64,000 bases of DNA. Source: Auanema rhodensis (Eukaryota > Animalia > Nematoda). The stretch spans positions 5,022,001 through 5,086,000 of the forward strand of contig OZ059895.1 of assembly GCA_964057225.1 (NCBI GenBank), given 5' to 3'. The translations under genes and the position numbers were made by a program. A model generated the notes under the pieces. That model saw only the letters and a program-made list of their open reading frames with translations. It did no database searches and was not told the origin of the DNA. Shown here piece by piece: positions 44,601 to 59,600 of the stretch (the stretch's first letter is position 1; each line of letters opens with the position of its first letter).

Positions 44601-47600
44601 TTCGACAACGTCTTCATCACCGTCATGGCGAATTCGGGTAATGAATCGGAAGCGACGTTCCTCTGTTTCAGAGCTTGACACAGGAGATTCAACAGTTTTC
44701 TTGGGACTATATGCAACTTGTGGAACGTTCTCGAGTGGAAGGTTTTCCAAGTCACGGTGTGGCTCAACATCATCTAAAGGTCCATCATATTTGTCAGACA
44801 CTGGATAGGCTGCAAGTTCGTTAGTCTTAGTCTTGCGAACTCCTGGCTTCAAGAATCCGAATCTCTTGCTTGAAGATTCACGAGTCTTACTGGTAGTCTT
44901 TTCAGGAGTAGATTCGGTTTCGTCAGGAACAATACGTGCAATGAGTCTAACTTCAGACTTCTCTTCGGTATCAGCAGAAGTAGAAGGTCCGGATTTCAGG
45001 TGTAAGATGGCCTTTTTCTTGCTGTCGGATGGAGCAGCAGCTGGCTTACTCTTTAGCCAAGACTGACCATGATGGTAGACATTGGTATGGTCTTTGAGTG
45101 GAGTAGAGTCCAAGTCACATTCCCTGTTAGTCTCTTCAAGAGGTCCGTCATAAGATGTTGAAGCAAATCCGTAAGATTCGGGTTGGACATGCTCTTTTTC
45201 GACAACGTCTTCATCACCGTCATGGCGAATTCGGGTAATGAATCGGAAGCGACGTTCCTCTGTTTCAGAGCTTGACACAGGAGATTCAACAGTTTTCTTG
45301 GGACTATATGCAACTTGTGGAACGTTCTCGAGTGGAAGGTTTTCCAAGTCACGGTGTGGCTCAACATCATCTAAAGGTCCATCATATTTGTCAGACACTG
45401 GATAGGCTGCAAGTTCGTTAGTCTTAGTCTTGCGAGCTCCTGGCTTCAAGAATCCGAATCTCTTGCTTGAAGATTCACGAGTCTTACTGGTAGTCTTTTC
45501 AGGAGTAGATTCGGTTTCGTCAGGAACAATACGTGCAATGAGTCTAACTTCAGACTTCTCTTCGGTATCAGCAGAAGTAGAAGGTCCGGATTTCAGGTGT
45601 AAGATGGCCTTTTTCTTGCTGTCGGATGGAGCAGCAGCTGGCTTACTCTTTAGCCAAGACTGACCATGATGGTAGACATTGGTATGGTCTTTGAGTGGAG
45701 TAGAGTCCAAGTCACATTCCCTGTTAGTCTCTTCAAGAGGTCCGTCATAAGATGTTGAAGCAAATCCGTAAGATTCGGGTTGGACATGCTCTTTTTCGAC
45801 AACGTCTTCATCACCGTCATGGCGAATTCGGGTAATGAATCGGAAGCGACGTTCCTCTGTTTCAGAGCTTGACACAGGAGATTCAACAGTTTTCTTGGGA
45901 CTATATGCAACTTGTGGAACGTTCTCGAGTGGAAGGTTCTCCAAGTCACGGTGTGGCTCAACATCATCTAAAGGTCCATCATATTTGTCAGACACTGGAT
46001 AGGCTGCAAGTTCGTTAGTCTTAGTCTTGCGAACTCCTGGCTTCAAGAATCCGAATCTCTTGCTTGAAGATTCACGAGTCTTACTGGTAGTCTTTTCAGG
46101 AGTAGATTCGGTTTCGTCAGGAACAATACGTGCAATGAGTCTAACTTCAGACTTCTCTTCGGTATCAGCAGAAGTAGAAGGTCCGGATTTCAGGTGTAAG
46201 ATGGCCTTTTTCTTGCTGTCGGATGGAGCAGCAGCTGGCTTACTCTTTAGCCAAGACTGACCATGATGGTAGACATTGGTATGGTCTTTGAGTGGAGTAG
46301 AGTCCAAGTCACATTCCCTGTTAGTCTCTTCAAGAGGTCCGTCATAAGATGTTGAAGCAAATCCGTAAGATTCGGGTTGGACATGCTCTTTTTCGACAAC
46401 GTCTTCATCACCGTCATGGCGAATTCGGGTAATGAATCGGAAGCGACGTTCCTCTGTTTCAGAGCTTGACACAGGAGATTCAACAGTTTTCTTGGGACTA
46501 TATGCAACTTGTGGAACGTTCTCGAGTGGAAGGTTTTCCAAGTCACGGTGTGGCTCAACATCATCTAAAGGTCCATCGTATTTGTCAGACACTGGATAGG
46601 CTGCAAGTTCGTTAGTCTTAGTCTTGCGAACTCCTGGCTTCAAGAATCCGAATCTCTTGCTTGAAGATTCACGAGTCTTACTGGTAGTCTTTTCAGGAGT
46701 AGATTCGGTTTCGTCAGGAACAATACGTGCAATGAGTCTAACTTCAGACTTCTCTTCGGTGTCAGCAGAAGTAGAAGGTCCGGATTTCAGGTGTAAGATG
46801 GCCTTTTTCTTGCTGTCGGATGGAGCAGCAGCTGGCTTACTCTTTAGCCAAGACTGACCATGATGGTAGACATTGGTATGGTCTTTGAGTGGAGTAGAGT
46901 CCAAGTCACATTCCCTGTTAGTCTCTTCAAGAGGTCCGTCATAAGATGTTGAAGCAAATCCGTAAGATTCGGGTTGGACATGCTCTTTTTCGACAACGTC
47001 TTCATCACCGTCATGGCGAATTCGGGTAATGAATCGGAAGCGACGTTCCTCTGTTTCAGAGCTTGACACAGGAGATTCAACAGTTTTCTTGGGACTATAT
47101 GCAACTTGTGGAACGTTCTCGAGTGGAAGGTTCTCCAAGTCACGGTGTGGCTCAACATCATCTAAAGGTCCATCATATTTGTCAGACACTGGATAGGCTG
47201 CAAGTTCGTTAGTCTTAGTCTTGCGAACTCCTGGCTTCAAGAATCCGAATCTCTTGCTTGAAGATTCACGAGTCTTACTGGTAGTCTTTTCAGGAGTAGA
47301 TTCGGTTTCGTCAGGAACAATACGTGCAATGAGTCTAACTTCAGACTTCTCTTCGGTATCAGCAGAAGTAGAAGGTCCGGATTTCAGGTGTAAGATGGCC
47401 TTTTTCTTGCTGTCGGATGGAGCAGCAGCTGGCTTACTCTTTAGCCAAGACTGACCATGATGGTAGACATTGGTATGGTCTTTGAGTGGAGTAGAGTCCA
47501 AGTCACATTCCCTGTTAGTCTCTTCAAGAGGTCCGTCATAAGATGTTGAAGCAAATCCGTAAGATTCGGGTTGGACATGCTCTTTTTCGACAACGTCTTC

Positions 47601-50600
47601 ATCACCGTCATGGCGAATTCGGGTAATGAATCGGAAGCGACGTTCCTCTGTTTCAGAGCTTGACACAGGAGATTCAACAGTTTTCTTGGGACTATATGCA
47701 ACTTGTGGAACGTTCTCGAGTGGAAGGTTTTCCAAGTCACGGTGTGGCTCAACATCATCTAAAGGTCCATCGTATTTGTCAGACACTGGATAGGCTGCAA
47801 GTTCGTTAGTCTTAGTCTTGCGAACTCCTGGCTTCAAGAATCCGAATCTCTTGCTTGAAGATTCACGAGTCTTACTGGTAGTCTTTTCAGGAGTAGATTC
47901 GGTTTCGTCAGGAACAATACGTGCAATGAGTCTAACTTCAGACTTCTCTTCGGTGTCAGCAGAAGTAGAAGGTCCGGATTTCAGGTGTAAGATGGCCTTT
48001 TTCTTGCTGTCGGATGGAGCAGCAGCTGGCTTACTCTTTAGCCAAGACTGACCATGATGGTAGACATTGGTATGGTCTTTGAGTGGAGTAGAGTCCAAGT
48101 CACATTCCCTGTTAGTCTCTTCAAGAGGTCCGTCATAAGATGTTGAAGCAAATCCGTAAGATTCGGGTTGGACATGCTCTTTTTCGACAACGTCTTCATC
48201 ACCGTCATGGCGAATTCGGGTAATGAATCGGAAGCGACGTTCCTCTGTTTCAGAGCTTGACACAGGAGATTCAACAGTTTTCTTGGGACTATATGCAACT
48301 TGTGGAACGTTCTCGAGTGGAAGGTTTTCCAAGTCACGGTGTGGCTCAACATCATCTAAAGGTCCATCATATTTGTCAGACACTGGATAGGCTGCAAGTT
48401 CGTTAGTCTTAGTCTTGCGAGCTCCTGGCTTCAAGAATCCGAATCTCTTGCTTGAAGATTCACGAGTCTTACTGGTAGTCTTTTCAGGAGTAGATTCGGT
48501 TTCGTCAGGAACAATACGTGCAATGAGTCTAACTTCAGACTTCTCTTCGGTATCAGCAGAAGTAGAAGGTCCGGATTTCAGGTGTAAGATGGCCTTTTTC
48601 TTGCTGTCGGATGGAGCAGCAGCTGGCTTACTCTTTAGCCAAGACTGACCATGATGGTAGACATTGGTATGGTCTTTGAGTGGAGTAGAGTCCAAGTCAC
48701 ATTCCCTGTTAGTCTCTTCAAGAGGTCCGTCATAAGATGTTGAAGCAAATCCGTAAGATTCGGGTTGGACATGCTCTTTTTCGACAACGTCTTCATCACC
48801 GTCATGGCGAATTCGGGTAATGAATCGGAAGCGACGTTCCTCTGTTTCAGAGCTTGACACAGGAGATTCAACAGTTTTCTTGGGACTATATGCAACTTGT
48901 GGAACGTTCTCGAGTGGAAGGTTCTCCAAGTCACGGTGTGGCTCAACATCATCTAAAGGTCCATCATATTTGTCAGACACTGGATAGGCTGCAAGTTCGT
49001 TAGTCTTAGTCTTGCGAACTCCTGGCTTCAAGAATCCGAATCTCTTGCTTGAAGATTCACGAGTCTTACTGGTAGTCTTTTCAGGAGTAGATTCGGTTTC
49101 GTCAGGAACAATACGTGCAATGAGTCTAACTTCAGACTTCTCTTCGGTATCAGCAGAAGTAGAAGGTCCGGATTTCAGGTGTAAGATGGCCTTTTTCTTG
49201 CTGTCGGATGGAGCAGCAGCTGGCTTACTCTTTAGCCAAGACTGACCATGATGGTAGACATTGGTATGGTCTTTGAGTGGAGTAGAGTCCAAGTCACATT
49301 CCCTGTTAGTCTCTTCAAGAGGTCCGTCATAAGATGTTGAAGCAAATCCGTAAGATTCGGGTTGGACATGCTCTTTTTCGACAACGTCTTCATCACCGTC
49401 ATGGCGAATTCGGGTAATGAATCGGAAGCGACGTTCCTCTGTTTCAGAGCTTACCACAGGAGATTCAACAGTTTTCTTGGGACTATATGCAACTTGTGGA
49501 ACGTTCTCGAGTGGAAGGTTTTCCAAGTCACGGTGTGGCTCAACATCATCTAAAGGTCCATCATATTTGTCAGACACTGGATAGGCTGCAAGTTCGTTAG
49601 TCTTAGTCTTGCGAGCTCCTGGCTTCAAGAATCCGAATCTCTTGCTTGAAGATTCACGAGTCTTACTGGTAGTCTTTTCAGGAGTAGATTCGGTTTCGTC
49701 AGGAACAATACGTGCAATGAGTCTAACTTCAGACTTCTCTTCGGTGTCAGCAGAAGTAGAAGGTCCGGATTTCAGGTGTAAGATGGCCTTTTTCTTGCTG
49801 TCGGATGGAGCAGCAGCTGGCTTACTCTTTAGCCAAGACTGACCATGATGGTAGACATTGGTATGGTCTTTGAGTGGAGTAGAGTCCAAGTCACATTCCC
49901 TGTTAGTCTCTTCAAGAGGTCCGTCATAAGATGTTGAAGCAAATCCGTAAGATTCGGGTTGGACATGCTCTTTTTCGACAACGTCTTCATCACCGTCATG
50001 GCGAATTCGGGTAATGAATCGGAAGCGACGTTCCTCTGTTTCAGAGCTTGACACAGGAGATTCAACAGTTTTCTTGGGACTATATGCAACTTGTGGAACG
50101 TTCTCGAGTGGAAGGTTTTCCAAGTCACGGTGTGGCTCAACATCATCTAAAGGTCCATCGTATTTGTCAGACACTGGATAGGCTGCAAGTTCGTTAGTCT
50201 TAGTCTTGCGAACTCCTGGCTTCAAGAATCCGAATCTCTTGCTTGAAGATTCACGAGTCTTACTGGTAGTCTTTTCAGGAGTAGATTCGGTTTCGTCAGG
50301 AACAATACGTGCAATGAGTCTAACTTCAGACTTCTCTTCGGTGTCAGCAGAAGTAGAAGGTCCGGATTTCAGGTGTAAGATGGCCTTTTTCTTGCTGTCG
50401 GATGGAGCAGCAGCTGGCTTACTCTTTAGCCAAGACTGACCATGATGGTAGACATTGGTATGGTCTTTGAGTGGAGTAGAGTCCAAGTCACATTCCCTGT
50501 TAGTCTCTTCAAGAGGTCCGTCATAAGATGTTGAAGCAAATCCGTAAGATTCGGGTTGGACATGCTCTTTTTCGACAACGTCTTCATCACCGTCATGGCG

Positions 50601-53600
50601 AATTCGGGTAATGAATCGGAAGCGACGTTCCTCTGTTTCAGAGCTTGACACAGGAGATTCAACAGTTTTCTTGGGACTATATGCAACTTGTGGAACGTTC
50701 TCGAGTGGAAGGTTTTCCAAGTCACGGTGTGGCTCAACATCATCTAAAGGTCCATCATATTTGTCAGACACTGGATAGGCTGCAAGTTCGTTAGTCTTAG
50801 TCTTGCGAACTCCTGGCTTCAAGAATCCGAATCTCTTGCTTGAAGATTCACGAGTCTTACTGGTAGTCTTTTCAGGAGTAGATTCGGTTTCGTCAGGAAC
50901 AATACGTGCAATGAGTCTAACTTCAGACTTCTCTTCGGTATCAGCAGAAGTAGAAGGTCCGGATTTCAGGTGTAAGATGGCCTTTTTCTTGCTGTCGGAT
51001 GGAGCAGCAGCTGGCTTACTCTTTAGCCAAGACTGACCATGATGGTAGACATTGGTATGGTCTTTGAGTGGAGTAGAGTCCAAGTCACATTCCCTGTTAG
51101 TCTCTTCAAGAGGTCCGTCATAAGATGTTGAAGCAAATCCGTAAGATTCGGGTTGGACATGCTCTTTTTCGACAACGTCTTCATCACCGTCATGGCGAAT
51201 TCGGGTAATGAATCGGAAGCGACGTTCCTCTGTTTCAGAGCTTACCACAGGAGATTCAACAGTTTTCTTGGGACTATATGCAACTTGTGGAACGTTCTCG
51301 AGTGGAAGGTTTTCCAAGTCACGGTGTGGCTCAACATCATCTAAAGGTCCATCATATTTGTCAGACACTGGATAGGCTGCAAGTTCGTTAGTCTTAGTCT
51401 TGCGAGCTCCTGGCTTCAAGAATCCGAATCTCTTGCTTGAAGATTCACGAGTCTTACTGGTAGTCTTTTCAGGAGTAGATTCGGTTTCGTCAGGAACAAT
51501 ACGTGCAATGAGTCTAACTTCAGACTTCTCTTCGGTATCAGCAGAAGTAGAAGGTCCGGATTTCAGGTGTAAGATGGCCTTTTTCTTGCTGTCGGATGGA
51601 GCAGCAGCTGGCTTACTCTTTAGCCAAGACTGACCATGATGGTAGACATTGGTATGGTCTTTGAGTGGAGTAGAGTCCAAGTCACATTCCCTGTTAGTCT
51701 CTTCAAGAGGTCCGTCATAAGATGTTGAAGCAAATCCGTAAGATTCGGGTTGGACATGCTCTTTTTCGACAACGTCTTCATCACCGTCATGGCGAATTCG
51801 GGTAATGAATCGGAAGCGACGTTCCTCTGTTTCAGAGCTTACCACAGGAGATTCAACAGTTTTCTTGGGACTATATGCAACTTGTGGAACGTTCTCGAGT
51901 GGAAGGTTTTCCAAGTCACGGTGTGGCTCAACATCATCTAAAGGTCCATCATATTTGTCAGACACTGGATAGGCTGCAAGTTCGTTAGTCTTAGTCTTGC
52001 GAGCTCCTGGCTTCAAGAATCCGAATCTCTTGCTTGAAGATTCACGAGTCTTACTGGTAGTCTTTTCAGGAGTAGATTCGGTTTCGTCAGGAACAATACG
52101 TGCAATGAGTCTAACTTCAGACTTCTCTTCGGTGTCAGCAGAAGTAGAAGGTCCGGATTTCAGGTGTAAGATGGCCTTTTTCTTGCTGTCGGATGGAGCA
52201 GCAGCTGGCTTACTCTTTAGCCAAGACTGACCATGATGGTAGACATTGGTATGGTCTTTGAGTGGAGTAGAGTCCAAGTCACATTCCCTGTTAGTCTCTT
52301 CAAGAGGTCCGTCATAAGATGTTGAAGCAAATCCGTAAGATTCGGGTTGGACATGCTCTTTTTCGACAACGTCTTCATCACCGTCATGGCGAATTCGGGT
52401 AATGAATCGGAAGCGACGTTCCTCTGTTTCAGAGCTTACCACAGGAGATTCAACAGTTTTCTTGGGACTATATGCAACTTGTGGAACGTTCTCGAGTGGA
52501 AGGTTTTCCAAGTCACGGTGTGGCTCAACATCATCTAAAGGTCCATCATATTTGTCAGACACTGGATAGGCTGCAAGTTCGTTAGTCTTAGTCTTGCGAG
52601 CTCCTGGCTTCAAGAATCCGAATCTCTTGCTTGAAGATTCACGAGTCTTACTGGTAGTCTTTTCAGGAGTAGATTCGGTTTCGTCAGGAACAATACGTGC
52701 AATGAGTCTAACTTCAGACTTCTCTTCGGTGTCAGCAGAAGTAGAAGGTCCGGATTTCAGGTGTAAGATGGCCTTTTTCTTGCTGTCGGATGGAGCAGCA
52801 GCTGGCTTACTCTTTAGCCAAGACTGACCATGATGGTAGACATTGGTATGGTCTTTGAGTGGAGTAGAGTCCAAGTCACATTCCCTGTTAGTCTCTTCAA
52901 GAGGTCCGTCATAAGATGTTGAAGCAAATCCGTAAGATTCGGGTTGGACATGCTCTTTTTCGACAACGTCTTCATCACCGTCATGGCGAATTCGGGTAAT
53001 GAATCGGAAGCGACGTTCCTCTGTTTCAGAGCTTGACACAGGAGATTCAACAGTTTTCTTGGGACTATATGCAACTTGTGGAACGTTCTCGAGTGGAAGG
53101 TTCTCCAAGTCACGGTGTGGCTCAACATCATCTAAAGGTCCATCGTATTTGTCAGACACTGGATAGGCTGCAAGTTCGTTAGTCTTAGTCTTGCGAACTC
53201 CTGGCTTCAAGAATCCGAATCTCTTGCTTGAAGATTCACGAGTCTTACTGGTAGTCTTTTCAGGAGTAGATTCGGTTTCGTCAGGAACAATACGTGCAAT
53301 GAGTCTAACTTCAGACTTCTCTTCGGTATCAGCAGAAGTAGAAGGTCCGGATTTCAGGTGTAAGATGGCCTTTTTCTTGCTGTCGGATGGAGCAGCAGCT
53401 GGCTTACTCTTTAGCCAAGACTGACCATGATGGTAGACATTGGTATGGTCTTTGAGTGGAGTAGAGTCCAAGTCACATTCCCTGTTAGTCTCTTCAAGAG
53501 GTCCGTCATAAGATGTTGAAGCAAATCCGTAAGATTCGGGTTGGACATGCTCTTTTTCGACAACGTCTTCATCACCGTCATGGCGAATTCGGGTAATGAA

Positions 53601-56600
53601 TCGGAAGCGACGTTCCTCTGTTTCAGAGCTTGACACAGGAGATTCAACAGTTTTCTTGGGACTATATGCAACTTGTGGGACGTTCTCGAGTGGAAGGTTT
53701 TCCAAGTCACGGTGTGGCTCAACATCATCTAAAGGTCCATCGTATTTGTCAGACACTGGATAGGCTGCAAGTTCGTTAGTCTTAGTCTTGCGAACTCCTG
53801 GCTTCAAGAATCCGAATCTCTTGCTTGAAGATTCACGAGTCTTACTGGTAGTCTTTTCAGGAGTAGATTCGGTTTCGTCAGGAACAATACGTGCAATGAG
53901 TCTAACTTCAGACTTCTCTTCGGTATCAGCAGAAGTAGAAGGTCCGGATTTCAGGTGTAAGATGGCCTTTTTCTTGCTGTCGGATGGAGCAGCAGCTGGC
54001 TTACTCTTTAGCCAAGACTGACCATGATGGTAGACATTGGTATGGTCTTTGAGTGGAGTAGAGTCCAAGTCACATTCCCTGTTAGTCTCTTCAAGAGGTC
54101 CGTCATAAGATGTTGAAGCAAATCCGTAAGATTCGGGTTGGACATGCTCTTTTTCGACAACGTCTTCATCACCGTCATGGCGAATTCGGGTAATGAATCG
54201 GAAGCGACGTTCCTCTGTTTCAGAGCTTGACACAGGAGATTCAACAGTTTTCTTGGGACTATATGCAACTTGTGGGACGTTCTCGAGTGGAAGGTTTTCC
54301 AAGTCACGGTGTGGCTCAACATCATCTAAAGGTCCATCGTATTTGTCAGACACTGGATAGGCTGCAAGTTCGTTAGTCTTAGTCTTGCGAACTCCTGGCT
54401 TCAAGAATCCGAATCTCTTGCTTGAAGATTCACGAGTCTTACTGGTAGTCTTTTCAGGAGTAGATTCGGTTTCGTCAGGAACAATACGTGCAATGAGTCG
54501 AACTTCAGACTTCTCTTCGGTATCAGCAGAAGTAGAAGGTCCGGATTTCAGGTGTAAGATGGCCTTTTTCTTGCTGTCGGATGGAGCAGCAGCTGGCTTA
54601 CTCTTTAGCCAAGACTGACCATGATGGTAGACATTGGTATGGTCTTTGAGTGGAGTAGAGTCCAAGTCACATTCCCTGTTAGTCTCTTCAAGAGGTCCGT
54701 CATAAGATGTTGAAGCAAATCCGTAAGATTCGGGTTGGACATGCTCTTTTTCGACAACGTCTTCATCACCGTCATGGCGAATTCGGGTAATGAATCGGAA
54801 GCGACGTTCCTCTGTTTCAGAGCATGACACAGGAGATTCAACAGTTTTCTTGGGACTATATGCAACTTGTGGAACGTTCTCGAGTGGAAGGTTTTCCAAG
54901 TCACGGTGTGGCTCAACATCATCTAAAGGTCCATCGTATTTGTCAGACACTGGATAGGCTGCAAGTTCGTTAGTCTTAGTCTTGCGAACTCCTGGCTTCA
55001 AGAATCCGAATCTCTTGCTTGAAGATTCACGAGTCTTACTGGTAGTCTTTTCAGGAGTAGATTCGGTTTCGTCAGGAACAATACGTGCAATGAGTCTAAC
55101 TTCAGACTTCTCTTCGGTGTCAGCAGAAGTAGAAGGTCCGGATTTCAGGTGTAAGATGGCCTTTTTCTTGCTGTCGGATGGAGCAGCAGCTGGCTTACTC
55201 TTTAGCCAAGACTGACCATGATGGTAGACATTGGTATGGTCTTTGAGTGGAGTAGAGTCCAAGTCACATTCCCTGTTAGTCTCTTCAAGAGGTCCGTCAT
55301 AAGATGTTGAAGCAAATCCGTAAGATTCGGGTTGGACATGCTCTTTTTCGACAACGTCTTCATCACCGTCATGGCGAATTCGGGTAATGAATCGGAAGCG
55401 ACGTTCCTCTGTTTCAGAGCTTGACACAGGAGATTCAACAGTTTTCTTGGGACTATATGCAACTTGTGGAACGTTCTCGAGTGGAAGGTTTTCCAAGTCA
55501 CGGTGTGGCTCAACATCATCTAAAGGTCCATCGTATTTGTCAGACACTGGATAGGCTGCAAGTTCGTTAGTCTTAGTCTTGCGAACTCCTGGCTTCAAGA
55601 ATCCGAATCTCTTGCTTGAAGATTCACGAGTCTTACTGGTAGTCTTTTCAGGAGTAGATTCGGTTTCGTCAGGAACAATACGTGCAATGAGTCTAACTTC
55701 AGACTTCTCTTCGGTATCAGCAGAAGTAGAAGGTCCGGATTTCAGGTGTAAGATGGCCTTTTTCTTGCTGTCGGATGGAGCAGCAGCTGGCTTACTCTTT
55801 AGCCAAGACTGACCATGATGGTAGACATTGGTATGGTCTTTGAGTGGAGTAGAGTCCAAGTCACATTCCCTGTTAGTCTCTTCAAGAGGTCCGTCATAAG
55901 ATGTTGAAGCAAATCCGTAAGATTCGGGTTGGACATGCTCTTTTTCGACAACGTCTTCATCACCGTCATGGCGAATTCGGGTAATGAATCGGAAGCGACG
56001 TTCCTCTGTTTCAGAGCTTGACACAGGAGATTCAACAGTTTTCTTGGGACTATATGCAACTTGTGGAACGTTCTCGAGTGGAAGGTTTTCCAAGTCACGG
56101 TGTGGCTCAACATCATCTAAAGGTCCATCATATTTGTCAGACACTGGATAGGCTGCAAGTTCGTTAGTCTTAGTCTTGCGAGCTCCTGGCTTCAAGAATC
56201 CGAATCTCTTGCTTGAAGATTCACGAGTCTTACTGGTAGTCTTTTCAGGAGTAGATTCGGTTTCGTCAGGAACAATACGTGCAATGAGTCTAACTTCAGA
56301 CTTCTCTTCGGTATCAGCAGAAGTAGAAGGTCCGGATTTCAGGTGTAAGATGGCCTTTTTCTTGCTGTCGGATGGAGCAGCAGCTGGCTTACTCTTTAGC
56401 CAAGACTGACCATGATGGTAGACATTGGTATGGTCTTTGAGTGGAGTAGAGTCCAAGTCACATTCCCTGTTAGTCTCTTCAAGAGGTCCGTCATAAGATG
56501 TTGAAGCAAATCCGTAAGATTCGGGTTGGACATGCTCTTTTTCGACAACGTCTTCATCACCGTCATGGCGAATTCGGGTAATGAATCGGAAGCGACGTTC

Positions 56601-59600
56601 CTCTGTTTCAGAGCTTGACACAGGAGATTCAACAGTTTTCTTGGGACTATATGCAACTTGTGGAACGTTCTCGAGTGGAAGGTTTTCCAAGTCACGGTGT
56701 GGCTCAACATCATCTAAAGGTCCATCATATTTGTCAGACACTGGATAGGCTGCAAGTTCGTTAGTCTTAGTCTTGCGAGCTCCTGGCTTCAAGAATCCGA
56801 ATCTCTTACTCGAAGATTCACGAGTCTTACTGGTAGTCTTTTCAGGAGTAGATTCGGTTTCGTCAGGAACAATACGTGCAATGAGTCTAACTTCAGACTT
56901 CTCTTCGGTGTCAGCAGAAGTAGAAGGTCCGGATTTCAGGTGTAAGATGGCCTTTTTCTTGCTGTCGGATGGAGCAGCAGCTGGCTTACTCTTTAGCCAA
57001 GACTGACCATGATGGTAGACATTGGTATGGTCTTTGAGTGGAGTAGAGTCCAAGTCACATTCCCTGTTAGTCTCTTCAAGAGGTCCGTCATAAGATGTTG
57101 AAGCAAATCCGTAAGATTCGGGTTGGACATGCTCTTTTTCGACAACGTCTTCATCACCGTCATGGCGAATTCGGGTAATGAATCGGAAGCGACGTTCCTC
57201 TGTTTCAGAGCTTGACACAGGAGATTCAACAGTTTTCTTGGGACTATATGCAACTTGTGGAACGTTCTCGAGTGGAAGGTTCTCCAAGTCACGGTGTGGC
57301 TCAACATCATCTAAAGGTCCATCATATTTGTCAGACACTGGATAGGCTGCAAGTTCGTTAGTCTTAGTCTTGCGAGCTCCTGGCTTCAAGAATCCGAATC
57401 TCTTGCTTGAAGATTCACGAGTCTTACTGGTAGTCTTTTCAGGAGTAGATTCGGTTTCGTCAGGAACAATACGTGCAATGAGTCTAACTTCAGACTTCTC
57501 TTCGGTATCAGCAGAAGTAGAAGGTCCGGATTTCAGGTGTAAGATGGCCTTTTTCTTGCTGTCGGATGGAGCAGCAGCTGGCTTACTCTTTAGCCAAGAC
57601 TGACCATGATGGTAGACATTGGTATGGTCTTTGAGTGGAGTAGAGTCCAAGTCACATTCCCTGTTAGTCTCTTCAAGAGGTCCGTCATAAGATGTTGAAG
57701 CAAATCCGTAAGATTCGGGTTGGACATGCTCTTTTTCGACAACGTCTTCATCACCGTCATGGCGAATTCGGGTAATGAATCGGAAGCGACGTTCCTCTGT
57801 TTCAGAGCTTGACACAGGAGATTCAACAGTTTTCTTGGGACTATATGCAACTTGTGGAACGTTCTCGAGTGGAAGGTTTTCCAAGTCACGGTGTGGCTCA
57901 ACATCATCTAAAGGTCCATCGTATTTGTCAGACACTGGATAGGCTGCAAGTTCGTTAGTCTTAGTCTTGCGAACTCCTGGCTTCAAGAATCCGAATCTCT
58001 TGCTTGAAGATTCACGAGTCTTACTGGTAGTCTTTTCAGGAGTAGATTCGGTTTCGTCAGGAACAATACGTGCAATGAGTCTAACTTCAGACTTCTCTTC
58101 GGTATCAGCAGAAGTAGAAGGTCCGGATTTCAGGTGTAAGATGGCCTTTTTCTTGCTGTCGGATGGAGCAGCAGCTGGCTTACTCTTTAGCCAAGACTGA
58201 CCATGATGGTAGACATTGGTATGGTCTTTGAGTGGAGTAGAGTCCAAGTCACATTCCCTGTTAGTCTCTTCAAGAGGTCCGTCATAAGATGTTGAAGCAA
58301 ATCCGTAAGATTCGGGTTGGACATGCTCTTTTTCGACAACGTCTTCATCACCGTCATGGCGAATTCGGGTAATGAATCGGAAGCGACGTTCCTCTGTTTC
58401 AGAGCTTGACACAGGAGATTCAACAGTTTTCTTGGGACTATATGCAACTTGTGGAACGTTCTCGAGTGGAAGGTTTTCCAAGTCACGGTGTGGCTCAACA
58501 TCATCTAAAGGTCCATCATATTTGTCAGACACTGGATAGGCTGCAAGTTCGTTAGTCTTAGTCTTGCGAGCTCCTGGCTTCAAGAATCCGAATCTCTTAC
58601 TCGAAGATTCACGAGTCTTACTGGTAGTCTTTTCAGGAGTAGATTCGGTTTCGTCAGGAACAATACGTGCAATGAGTCTAACTTCAGACTTCTCTTCGGT
58701 GTCAGCAGAAGTAGAAGGTCCGGATTTCAGGTGTAAGATGGCCTTTTTCTTGCTGTCGGATGGAGCAGCAGCTGGCTTACTCTTTAGCCAAGACTGACCA
58801 TGATGGTAGACATTGGTATGGTCTTTGAGTGGAGTAGAGTCCAAGTCACATTCCCTGTTAGTCTCTTCAAGAGGTCCGTCATAAGATGTTGAAGCAAATC
58901 CGTAAGATTCGGGTTGGACATGCTCTTTTTCGACAACGTCTTCATCACCGTCATGGCGAATTCGGGTAATGAATCGGAAGCGACGTTCCTCTGTTTCAGA
59001 GCTTGACACAGGAGATTCAACAGTTTTCTTGGGACTATATGCAACTTGTGGAACGTTCTCGAGTGGAAGGTTCTCCAAGTCACGGTGTGGCTCAACATCA
59101 TCTAAAGGTCCATCATATTTGTCAGACACTGGATAGGCTGCAAGTTCGTTAGTCTTAGTCTTGCGAACTCCTGGCTTCAAGAATCCGAATCTCTTGCTTG
59201 AAGATTCACGAGTCTTACTGGTAGTCTTTTCAGGAGTAGATTCGGTTTCGTCAGGAACAATACGTGCAATGAGTCTAACTTCAGACTTCTCTTCGGTATC
59301 AGCAGAAGTAGAAGGTCCGGATTTCAGGTGTAAGATGGCCTTTTTCTTGCTGTCGGATGGAGCAGCAGCTGGCTTACTCTTTAGCCAAGACTGACCATGA
59401 TGGTAGACATTGGTATGGTCTTTGAGTGGAGTAGAGTCCAAGTCACATTCCCTGTTAGTCTCTTCAAGAGGTCCGTCATAAGATGTTGAAGCAAATCCGT
59501 AAGATTCGGGTTGGACATGCTCTTTTTCGACAACGTCTTCATCACCGTCATGGCGAATTCGGGTAATGAATCGGAAGCGACGTTCCTCTGTTTCAGAGCT